64,000 nt of DNA from an uncultured Spirosoma sp. (GTDB lineage: Bacteria > Bacteroidota > Bacteroidia > Cytophagales > Spirosomataceae): NCBI GenBank assembly GCA_964581865.1, contig CAZOQC010000017.1, positions 2,457-66,456 of the forward strand. Reading direction: 5' to 3'. The notes beneath the pieces are model-generated. The model searched no databases and was not told where the DNA came from. It worked only from the letters and a program-made list of their open reading frames with translations. Below, in pieces: positions 17,833 through 25,440 of the stretch. How positions within the stretch are numbered: the first letter of the stretch is position 1; every line of letters begins with the position of its first letter. Position numbers and translations under genes: made by a program.

Positions 17833-18237
17833 CTACACCATGTCCAGAAACTCGCGGGCCGTCATGATGGGAATACCGTTAAACGGATTAAGTGTGAGCA
17901 GGTCTTTATCGCCGGAGATAATCAAGGTGGCATTAGCTTCCATCGCCAGTGCGAGAAATATATCGTCTTTCGGATCACGACAAACGGCAATGATCTGGTT
18001 CACTGTTATCAACGCACACCGGTCGATAAACGCTTCCAGTACCGATAGCCGCAGGGCGAGTGGCTTGAGTCTGTCAAATTTGGGACGCTGGACGACCAAG
18101 CGCCATTCGTCGATAATGGCTTGCGAGACAACGACGTTGCCTTCCTGTGCTTTCCGGCAAGCCCTGGCGGGCAACGAATCGGGCCAGAAGAGCGCACTAA
18201 TAACCGTGTTGGTGTCTACTACGTATACGTTAGGCAT
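17833..18237 (-). CDS. PIN-domain toxin (TIGR00305-like putative TA toxin)
   Basis: The product starts MPNVYVVDTNTVISAL and contains CRDPKDDIFLALA and LISGDKDLL. This is the acidic-residue pattern of PIN nucleases. Confidence 0.8.
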   Translation of the reverse strand: MPNVYVVDTNTVISALFWPDSLPARACRKAQEGNVVVSQAIIDEWRLVVQRPKFDRLKPLALRLSVLEAFIDRCALITVNQIIAVCRDPKDDIFLALAMEANATLIISGDKDLLTLNPFNGIPIMTAREFLDMV

Positions 18238-18478
18238 TGGCCGGTTGCCAATGGCGTTGCGTCAGGTATTCGTCGCCGAACGTGAGCCGCATATCGTCGT
18301 CGCTCATCTGCATGGCTTCCTGAAAGTCGCTCAGCGTACCTGCCGGAGCCTCGATCTGCTCCAGTTCCTGAATCAGCAGCGAAGTCACTTTGTTGGTAAT
18401 GGCCTGCTGCTGTGGACCAGGCAAGCTACGAAATCGTTGGGCAACCTGCTCCGAAATCGGGATTTGTACCGTCGTCAT
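18230..18478 (-). CDS. Putative antitoxin (83 aa)
   Basis: The ATG at 18478 gives MTTVQIPISEQVAQRF... Its stop TAA overlaps the toxin ATG in ATGCCTAA, an 8-nt overlap. I recognised no family. The longer ORF-track start at 18586 would abut the next gene. Confidence 0.55.
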   Translation of the reverse strand: MTTVQIPISEQVAQRFRSLPGPQQQAITNKVTSLLIQELEQIEAPAGTLSDFQEAMQMSDDDMRLTFGDEYLTQRHWQPANA

Positions 18479-18589
18479 GGCTATACGCTGGTGAATGATT
18501 ACAGTCAAAAATAAGAAACGTTTTACTGCTGGAAAAGAGTCAATAGGGCCAGTGACTGCATTCCGGAAAGTGGACCTGACAACCACATT

Positions 18590-19942
18590 ATGATTCGATT
18601 AGCGTTTAAAAATTTCATTCGGTCGGGGGGCGTGCGCGTCGGGCTGGCGTTGCTGCTGACGGCGGGCGTAGTCAGCCTGTTTATCGGGCGGCAGTTTCTC
18701 CATCGGCAGACGCAGGCCATCGCCGACGTGCGGGCCTTTCAGCAGACCGATTTTGCCCGGAACGTCGCCATCCACAAAGACGAATTGGGGCTGTTGCTCT
18801 ACTACCTGAAGTTTTCGCTCGTCAATCCCTCGCTGCCGCTGAGTGGCTTGTCGCTGGGTCAGCGCGACGTCAATCCGTCGATTCAGAGCGTCACGATTCG
18901 GGCACTGGAGAGTCAACGCTACGACGCCGACCTGACCAACCCGGCCAACCTGCTGCTGGGTAATCTGGACTTTAGTTTTGTGCTGATTTACCTGTTTCCG
19001 CTGTTGCTGATTGCCTGTTGCTATAACCTGGTATCCGACGAGCGGGAAAGTGGCACCTGGAAGCTGATCGTCGTGCAACAGCCCAACGTGATGTCGGTCA
19101 TCTGCCGGCTGTATGCTATCCGGGTCGGGGTGATTATGACTATACTGGCAGTGCTGTTGGTACTGGCCGTGGTGCTGCTACGGGTGCCACTCGACGGCGC
19201 ACTGGCGGGGTTTGTGGGTATGTCGGTGCTGTATGTGCTGTTCTGGTCGGCGGTCTGCTTCTGGGTGACGTCGCTGCGGCAACGGTCGAGTGTCAACGCG
19301 CTGCTGCTTGTGACGGGCTGGCTGGGGCTGATCGTGCTGCTACCGACAGTACTGAACACCTACGTCGTGACGCGCTACCCGACACCAGAAGCGCTCGAAA
19401 CAACGCTGGCCGCCCGCAAAGGCTACCACGAAAAGTGGGATACCGACAAGCAGCGAACGATGCAGGCGTTTTTTGCGCACTATCCGCAGTTCCGGTCGAT
19501 ACCCCCGCCGAAACTGGCCTTCGACTGGCCGTGGTACTACGCCATGCAACAGCTTGGCGACGACGAAGCGGCCAAATCAGCCGATGCCCTCCGGGCCAAA
19601 ATAGCCCGGCGCGAGACGGTTAGCCGTCAGTTGGCCCGGTTTATCCCACCCCTGCACACACAGTTGCAACTAAACGAACTAGCCAGATCGGGGCTGGCGA
19701 ATCAATTACGATTTCAGGAAGCGACGGGTCGGTTTCACGAAGGATTGTGCCTGCACTTTTACGAACGAATGTTTCGCGATACGCCCGTCAGTGCCGAAAA
19801 CTGGAACCGCTTCGATGTGAAAACCTTCCACGACGATACTCCCGCCGATACAGTGATGGGCTTGCTGCCGTTGCTGGCGTTCATCCTGTTGTTTGCCTGT
19901 GTGGGCTGGTTCAACTTCCGTAAAACGGCCGCGATGGCCTGA
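18590..19942 (+). CDS. DUF3526/ABC-2-type membrane permease (2 of 2)
   Basis: The product is multi-TM and carries the SDERESGTWKLIVVQ block, equivalent to that of 16368..17819. Confidence 0.7.
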   Translation: MIRLAFKNFIRSGGVRVGLALLLTAGVVSLFIGRQFLHRQTQAIADVRAFQQTDFARNVAIHKDELGLLLYYLKFSLVNPSLPLSGLSLGQRDVNPSIQSVTIRALESQRYDADLTNPANLLLGNLDFSFVLIYLFPLLLIACCYNLVSDERESGTWKLIVVQQPNVMSVICRLYAIRVGVIMTILAVLLVLAVVLLRVPLDGALAGFVGMSVLYVLFWSAVCFWVTSLRQRSSVNALLLVTGWLGLIVLLPTVLNTYVVTRYPTPEALETTLAARKGYHEKWDTDKQRTMQAFFAHYPQFRSIPPPKLAFDWPWYYAMQQLGDDEAAKSADALRAKIARRETVSRQLARFIPPLHTQLQLNELARSGLANQLRFQEATGRFHEGLCLHFYERMFRDTPVSAENWNRFDVKTFHDDTPADTVMGLLPLLAFILLFACVGWFNFRKTAAMA

Positions 19943-19949
19943 CGATAAA

Positions 19950-20045
19950 TGTCTGAGACAACTTCCAACTGTCGAGCCGTCAGGCACTTAGTCAACGGCC
20001 AGTAAGCCGCTATCGCGGCTCGACAGCTGGAAGCTGTCTCAGACA
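19950..20045. repeat. 30-bp inverted repeat with 36-nt spacer
   Basis: TGTCTGAGACAACTTCCAACTGTCGAGCCG (19950-19979) pairs with CGGCTCGACAGCTGGAAGCTGTCTCAGACA (20016-20045), with two mismatches. Confidence 0.85.
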
Positions 20046-20062
20046 ATTAACAACCTTCACGC

Positions 20063-20764
20063 ATGTTACAAGCGATAAACCTGACCAAGCAGTATGCGCC
20101 CGATGCGCTTCCGGCCCTCAACGGGTTAAACATGACGGTGGCCCCCGGCGAAATTTTCTGTCTGCTGGGGCAGAACGGCGCGGGTAAAACAACGACCATC
20201 AACCTGTTTCTGGGCTTCCTGCAACCCACATCGGGGCAGGCGCTCATCAACGGGCTAACCGTAGCCGAACACCCGCAGGAAACCAAGAAATACCTGGCGT
20301 ATCTGCCCGAAACGGTGCTGTTGTACCCCAACCTGACCGGACTGGAAAATCTGGATTTCTTTGCCTCACTGGCCGGCTTTACCCTGTCGACCGATGAGCT
20401 GCGGAGTCTGCTGTCGCGGGCGGGGTTGCAAAGCGAAGCGCACACGCGTTCGCTGGGCGGTTACTCGAAAGGAATGCGGCAGAAAGTAGGTATCGCCATT
20501 GCGCTGGCCAAACAGGCAAAAGTGCTCCTGCTGGACGAACCAACCAGTGGCCTCGACCCCAAAGCCAGTAATGAGTTTTCGGACCTGCTTACTCAACTCA
20601 GCACCGACGGCACGGCGATTCTGATGGCGACGCACGATATATTCCGGTCGAAAGAAGTCGGCACCCACATCGGCATTATGCGGGCGGGTCACCTGGTTGA
20701 AACGCTGCCGGCCGCCGACCTGACGGCCAACGAACTCGAAGCGATCTACCTGCAAACGGTTTAA
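20063..20764 (+). CDS. ABC transporter ATP-binding protein
   Basis: Motifs seen: Walker A GQNGAGKTT, signature-like YSKGMRQK, Walker B LLLDEPTSGLD, and the H-loop ATHD. Confidence 0.9.
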   Translation: MLQAINLTKQYAPDALPALNGLNMTVAPGEIFCLLGQNGAGKTTTINLFLGFLQPTSGQALINGLTVAEHPQETKKYLAYLPETVLLYPNLTGLENLDFFASLAGFTLSTDELRSLLSRAGLQSEAHTRSLGGYSKGMRQKVGIAIALAKQAKVLLLDEPTSGLDPKASNEFSDLLTQLSTDGTAILMATHDIFRSKEVGTHIGIMRAGHLVETLPAADLTANELEAIYLQTV

Positions 20765-20766
20765 TG

Positions 20767-20886
20767 TAGCCGGTGTCTGTGTAGCCCAGACCTCCCGGTC
20801 TGGTGGCCAACAGGCCCAAAAAGCTGCCGGCCTGTATAGTTGCCCTGACGGGCACCCGGACCTGGAGGTCCAGGCTACACAGAGAC
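20767..20886. repeat. REP/MITE-like element, family A, copy 2
   Basis: The sequence is GTAGCCGGTGTCTGTGTAGCCCAGACCTCCCGGTCTGGTGGCC ... GGCACCCGGACCTGGAGGTCCAGGCTACACAGAGAC. It fills the gap between two convergent stops. Confidence 0.85.
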
Positions 20887-20888
20887 CC

Positions 20889-23885
20889 CTACTCCGCTCT
20901 GATACCCCGCTTCGTGGCCCGGTACAGGGCCTCGGCTACGGTGGTACGGATGTTCAGCGAACTAATCAGATTGTTGTTGCGGGTGGGGTAGACGCGGTTC
21001 GAGAGAAACACGTACGACAGGTTATAATCTGGTTCGACCCACACGAACGTGCCCGTGAAACCGGAGTGGCCAAAGCTGTTTTTCGAGGCCGACCGGGGGG
21101 CATTGCCCGTGAATGTAAATGACGGTTTTTCAAAGCCCAGCCCGCGCCGGTTGCCGAGTTCGGGAAACTGGTAGCGCGTAAATTCGTCCAGCGTCTTTTT
21201 CGTGATGTACTGCTTACCCGCGTAGGTGCCCCCGCGCCGGTACAGTTCGATCAGCTTCATCAGGTCGTTGGCCGTACCGAACAACCCCGCGTGTCCCGAC
21301 AGGCCGTCGAGCATGGCGGCTCCTTCATCGTGGACGCGGCCCCAGATCAGCGTTTTGCGGAACAGCGAATCGTATTCGGTCGGGACGATACGGTCGCGGG
21401 AATAATAGCGCAACGGGTTGTACGTCAGCGTATAGGCACCGAGTGGCTGGTAGATGTTGGTTTTCAGATACTCCTCAAACGGCGTTTTCGTCAGGCGTTT
21501 CACGATCTGTGGGTAGAGGTAAAACGACAGGTCGGAGTAGACGTATTCTTTTTTAGCGTTGAGCGGTGAGTCTTTAATCTGCTCGAAAATCGTCTGCGGG
21601 TAATTCTTGAACTCAAACAGACTGTCGGTTACGACGATAGGGAAGCGGTTGGTTTTCTCGTTCTGGAACGTCTTCGGCTTCCACGTTCCGTCGGGGTTTT
21701 TGGTCGACTGCCAGAACGGAATCCAGGCTTTCAGCCGGGCCTGATGCGTCAGCACGTCGCGCCAGACGATGTCGGCCTTGTTCGATTTTTTATAGCCGGG
21801 CAGATAGTCCGCCATTTTACCGTCGATTTTGAATTTACCTGCGTCGACAAGCTGCATCAGGGCGGGGGTAGAGGTGCTTACCTTCGTCACCGATGCCAGA
21901 TCGAACAGGTCGTCCAGTTTATCGGCTACCGGGTTGCCGCCGAGTGAGGCATCGTAGACGTGCGTACCGTAGGCTTTCCGGAAAATAACCTTGCCGTCTT
22001 TGGCCATCTGGACCACACAACCCGGATATGCCCGTTTTTCCAGTCCGACGTTCACCAGCGAATCGACCTGCTGCGTCAGGTAAGCCCCGTCGATGCCCAC
22101 TTCTTCGGGAATGGTGTATTTGATCCGGTTCAGCGACGGGATACTCAGCCCATCGCCCGCCCGGAACCGCTGATTGACCGTAACCGGCAGTCGACCTTCC
22201 GAGCCGATAGCCCCAAAAATCAACTGAGCGGCCAGGTCTTCGGTATAATTGGTGAGTTGATACGGCATCACAATAGCCTGCGCCTGCTCGATAGACCGGC
22301 CCGTGATGGTATCGTTCGGCATAGTCAGCTTATCGAGCGAATACACATTACCAAATACCGTCACGACGGCTTTTCCGGTGGCGACCAGCTCACTCACCAG
22401 CGCGGCCGTGCGGGTTTGGGTACCATAGCGCGGGGGGCGAATGTTGCTCAGATGTACGTCGACCAGCAGCAGATTGTAATTTTTGAGCGAATCGCGTAGC
22501 GTTACCAATACCGAATCGGGTGTTTGCGAGGTCATCGTAAACGAATCGACTTTGGTGTAGTTGGCGGCCATCTTCTGAAACGCCGTCACGGTATTGCTTT
22601 CCACCGCTATCGACGCAATGCGCAGCGTGTCGAGCCGTTGCAGGGGCAGAATGCTCCGGTCGTTTTTCAGCACGGTCAGGCTTTTTTCGGTCAACTGCCG
22701 GTTGAGCAGGTCCGACCCGGCGGGGTTGAGGTCGCGCACCAGATTGTCGAGTATAATCGGCTTGTATCGGTCCAGCCCGACCCACGCTTTGGCGCGCAGC
22801 ACATTGCGGCAACGTTCGTCGAGGGAGGCCTGCGATAGTCGGCCACTGGCAATGCCCAGCCGGATTTGCGTAAGGGCGGCCGGTACGTCGTTGGTAAATT
22901 CCAGCACGTCCATGCCCGCTTCCAGCCCCAGCTCATCGGCCTGCCCGGACGGGTAGTATTTGGTAACGCCCTTCATGTTCATGGCGTCAGAGAAAATCAG
23001 CCCTTTGAAGCCAAGTTCATCTTTAAGCAGGCCCGTCACAATGGCGGGGGAGAGCGTAGAGGGACGGTTGCGGGTCGTGTCGAGGGCCGGAATGCTGAGG
23101 TGGGCGATCATCACGCCCGATGCGCCCGCCTGCACAAGCTGCCGGAACGGGTACAGTTCGAGCGAATCGATGTCGGCGCGACTTTTCGTAATCAGCGGCA
23201 GGTCGTAGTGCGAATCGGTGTCGGTGTCGCCGTGGCCGGGAAAGTGCTTGATGGTGGTCAGCAGGCCGTTATCCTGCATACCGTTCATGTAGGCCAGTGC
23301 CTTACGGGCCACCGCATATTTGTTTTCCCCGAACGACCGGAAGTTGATGACCGGGTTGCCGGGGTTGTTGTTGACGTCGACGGAGGGGGCAAAGTTGACG
23401 TGGACGCCCAGCCGCCGGGCCTGCTTTGCCAGACTGGCGCCCATGTTGTAAATCAGCGAATCGTGGCCCTGCATGGCCCCCAGCGTCATCTGGTAAGGGT
23501 AGCGCACGGTACTGTCGAGCCGCATGGCCAGACCCCATTCAGCATCCATCGCCATCAGCAGCGGCACCGTCGAGAGGGCCTGTAACCGGTTCGTCAGTTT
23601 GGCCTGTCGCACCGGTCCGCCCTGAAACATCACGACCCCGCCCAGCTTGTAGGTCCGTACCAGCGTCACCAGCGAATCTTCGTAGGCGGGGGTGCGGTTG
23701 GAATAGCCCGCCACCATAATCAGCTGGCCGATGCGCTCGTCGGGCGTCAGCGTCGTAAACACCGAGTCGACCCAGCGGTCGATGCGGGGGTTGGGGCGTA
23801 GGAATGCGGGGGTGCTGGTCTGGGCGAAGGTTGTCAGGCTAAACAGGCTGATGATCGTGGCCAGCAGAAGGCGGTAACGGGGCAT
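20889..23885 (-). CDS. GH3 (NagZ-like beta-N-acetylhexosaminidase) fused to a serine beta-lactamase/PBP-like domain, secreted
   Basis: The signal peptide is MPRYRLLLATIISLFSLTTFAQ. The GH3 block KHFPGHGDTDTDSH is present. The C-terminal half carries the S-x-x-K motif DLASVTKVST and further class-C-like blocks. Confidence 0.85.
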   Translation of the reverse strand: MPRYRLLLATIISLFSLTTFAQTSTPAFLRPNPRIDRWVDSVFTTLTPDERIGQLIMVAGYSNRTPAYEDSLVTLVRTYKLGGVVMFQGGPVRQAKLTNRLQALSTVPLLMAMDAEWGLAMRLDSTVRYPYQMTLGAMQGHDSLIYNMGASLAKQARRLGVHVNFAPSVDVNNNPGNPVINFRSFGENKYAVARKALAYMNGMQDNGLLTTIKHFPGHGDTDTDSHYDLPLITKSRADIDSLELYPFRQLVQAGASGVMIAHLSIPALDTTRNRPSTLSPAIVTGLLKDELGFKGLIFSDAMNMKGVTKYYPSGQADELGLEAGMDVLEFTNDVPAALTQIRLGIASGRLSQASLDERCRNVLRAKAWVGLDRYKPIILDNLVRDLNPAGSDLLNRQLTEKSLTVLKNDRSILPLQRLDTLRIASIAVESNTVTAFQKMAANYTKVDSFTMTSQTPDSVLVTLRDSLKNYNLLLVDVHLSNIRPPRYGTQTRTAALVSELVATGKAVVTVFGNVYSLDKLTMPNDTITGRSIEQAQAIVMPYQLTNYTEDLAAQLIFGAIGSEGRLPVTVNQRFRAGDGLSIPSLNRIKYTIPEEVGIDGAYLTQQVDSLVNVGLEKRAYPGCVVQMAKDGKVIFRKAYGTHVYDASLGGNPVADKLDDLFDLASVTKVSTSTPALMQLVDAGKFKIDGKMADYLPGYKKSNKADIVWRDVLTHQARLKAWIPFWQSTKNPDGTWKPKTFQNEKTNRFPIVVTDSLFEFKNYPQTIFEQIKDSPLNAKKEYVYSDLSFYLYPQIVKRLTKTPFEEYLKTNIYQPLGAYTLTYNPLRYYSRDRIVPTEYDSLFRKTLIWGRVHDEGAAMLDGLSGHAGLFGTANDLMKLIELYRRGGTYAGKQYITKKTLDEFTRYQFPELGNRRGLGFEKPSFTFTGNAPRSASKNSFGHSGFTGTFVWVEPDYNLSYVFLSNRVYPTRNNNLISSLNIRTTVAEALYRATKRGIRAE

Positions 23886-23953
23886 GAGAGCAAAATGCGT
23901 TGAGACTTGAACGGGTAAAAGTACGAAAATGTACGGCTTAGGGGTTTAACCGG

Positions 23954-24089
23954 TTTTCAACACGGAGCCACAGAGATCATAAAGAACGGCCCCTGTCTCA
24001 AACAGCATCTTAACCTGCCTGGCAAACAGCAGGATGCTGTTTGAGACAAAATAAAACTCTCCGTGTGCTCCGTGCCTCTGTGTTGAAAA
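23954..24089. repeat. Nested inverted repeats in the intergenic region
   Basis: The inner perfect 16-bp stem is TGTCTCAAACAGCATC (23994-24009) / GATGCTGTTTGAGACA (24033-24048). The outer arms are TTTTCAACACGGAG (23954-23967) / CTCTGTGTTGAAAA (24076-24089). Confidence 0.8.
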
Positions 24090-24090
24090 A

Positions 24091-25248
24091 TCACAGCGCA
24101 TCCAAGCTTTGCCGCAGGTCGTCGATTAGCACCGATGGCTCCTCCAGGCCGACGTACAGCCGGGTCAGGTTGTAGTTTTCATCGGCGGGCGCTGTGGCCG
24201 GGTCGTAACCGATGCTGGCGGGAAAGACCAGCGACTCGTGCCCACCCCACGACACACCCAGCAGGAAGCGTTTCAGCTTATCGGCAAACGCATCGATGGT
24301 CGCCACCTGATCGGTGTTGAGCGCGAGGGTAATCAGGCCCCCACAGCCGGTCATCTGCCGCCGGGCCAGCTCGATTTGTGGGTGACTGTCGGCCAGCGGG
24401 AAATGGATTCGGCGGACGGCGGAGTGCTGTTCCAGAAAGGCGACGACCTGCCGGGCACTGTCGTCGGAGCGGTGAAGGCGCAGCGGCAGGGTACGTAGTC
24501 CGCGCAGCAGTAACCAGGCGTTTTGCGGGGAAATGATCGCGCCGAGGGTCATGTATTCACCCGAAAAAATGCGCTTCATCATAGCCGTCGTGCCGCAGAC
24601 AACTCCCGCAATGGCGTCGGAATGGCCCCCGAAATACTTCGATCCCGAATGCAGCACCATGTCGATGCCCAGCTCAATAGGCCGTTGAAACAGGGGGGTG
24701 CAGTGGCTGTTGTCGATCATGGTCACGATGTGGCGCGCCTTCGCCAGCTCCGCCACGGCCCGGATGTCCTGCAAATCAAATGTAAACGTGTTGGGCGATT
24801 CGAGGTAGATCAGTTTCGTGTTAGTCTGAATGGCCGCTTCGAAATTAGCCACGTCGGTACCGTCGACAAAGGTGGTCGTAACGCCAAAGCGGGGCAGGTA
24901 GTCGCGCATGAGCCGCAGTGTCCAGCTGTACGGTTTCTGCACACACACGATATGGTCGCCCTGCTGCACATTGGCCAATACGGCCGCAGCAATAGCCGCA
25001 CTGCCGCTCGCCATCACGAGTGCATCTTCGGTGCCTTCGAGAGCCGCCAGTTTTTTCCGCAGAATGGCGACGGTCGGGTTGTTGCCCCGCGTGTAAAAAT
25101 GACGCTCGTACTCAAACGGCAGATCGGCCCGCATCGCTGCCACGCTCGGAAATGTGAAATTGCTGGTCTGGATGATGGGTGGTGCGATGGCGTTGAAGTA
25201 TTGGTCGCGCTCTTCGCCCAGTTCGTTGAGGATGTAGGAAAGGTCCAT
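24091..25248 (-). CDS. Cys/Met-metabolism PLP enzyme (cystathionine gamma-synthase/beta-lyase or methionine gamma-lyase family)
   Basis: The ATG at 25248 gives MDLSYILNELGEERDQYFNAIAPPIIQTSNF. The PLP-lysine block HSGSKYFGGHSD is present. The ORF-track extension to 25434 reads through a repeat element. Confidence 0.85.
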   Translation of the reverse strand: MDLSYILNELGEERDQYFNAIAPPIIQTSNFTFPSVAAMRADLPFEYERHFYTRGNNPTVAILRKKLAALEGTEDALVMASGSAAIAAAVLANVQQGDHIVCVQKPYSWTLRLMRDYLPRFGVTTTFVDGTDVANFEAAIQTNTKLIYLESPNTFTFDLQDIRAVAELAKARHIVTMIDNSHCTPLFQRPIELGIDMVLHSGSKYFGGHSDAIAGVVCGTTAMMKRIFSGEYMTLGAIISPQNAWLLLRGLRTLPLRLHRSDDSARQVVAFLEQHSAVRRIHFPLADSHPQIELARRQMTGCGGLITLALNTDQVATIDAFADKLKRFLLGVSWGGHESLVFPASIGYDPATAPADENYNLTRLYVGLEEPSVLIDDLRQSLDAL

Positions 25249-25301
25249 AGATGGGTATTCGGTATTCGGTTTACAGGTTTCGAATTTATAATCGGAGTTT
25301 T

Positions 25302-25432
25302 GCCTGACGCAAGTGATGTAGCCTGGACGTCCACGTCCGGGTGGCCGACAGGCCAAAAAAGCTGCCGCCTGCAAAAGTTGGCCTAACGGCCACCCGGACG
25401 TGGACGTCCAGGCTACATCACTTGCGTCAGGC
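25302..25432. repeat. REP/MITE-like element, family A, copy 3 (45-bp perfect inverted repeat)
   Basis: GCCTGACGCAAGTGATGTAGCCTGGACGTCCACGTCCGGGTGGCC (25302-25346) has its exact reverse complement at 25388-25432. The 41-nt spacer contains AAAAAAGCTGCCGCCTG. Confidence 0.95.
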
Positions 25433-25440
25433 AAATCCCA

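Noticed and set aside
24091-25434. N-terminal extensions offered by the ORF track, here and at 12524, 13711, 1794, 28203 and 30577
   Set aside because: The extra codons translate REP/MITE-like palindromes or the preceding gene. In each case an internal ATG yields a proper signal peptide or the conserved family N-terminus.
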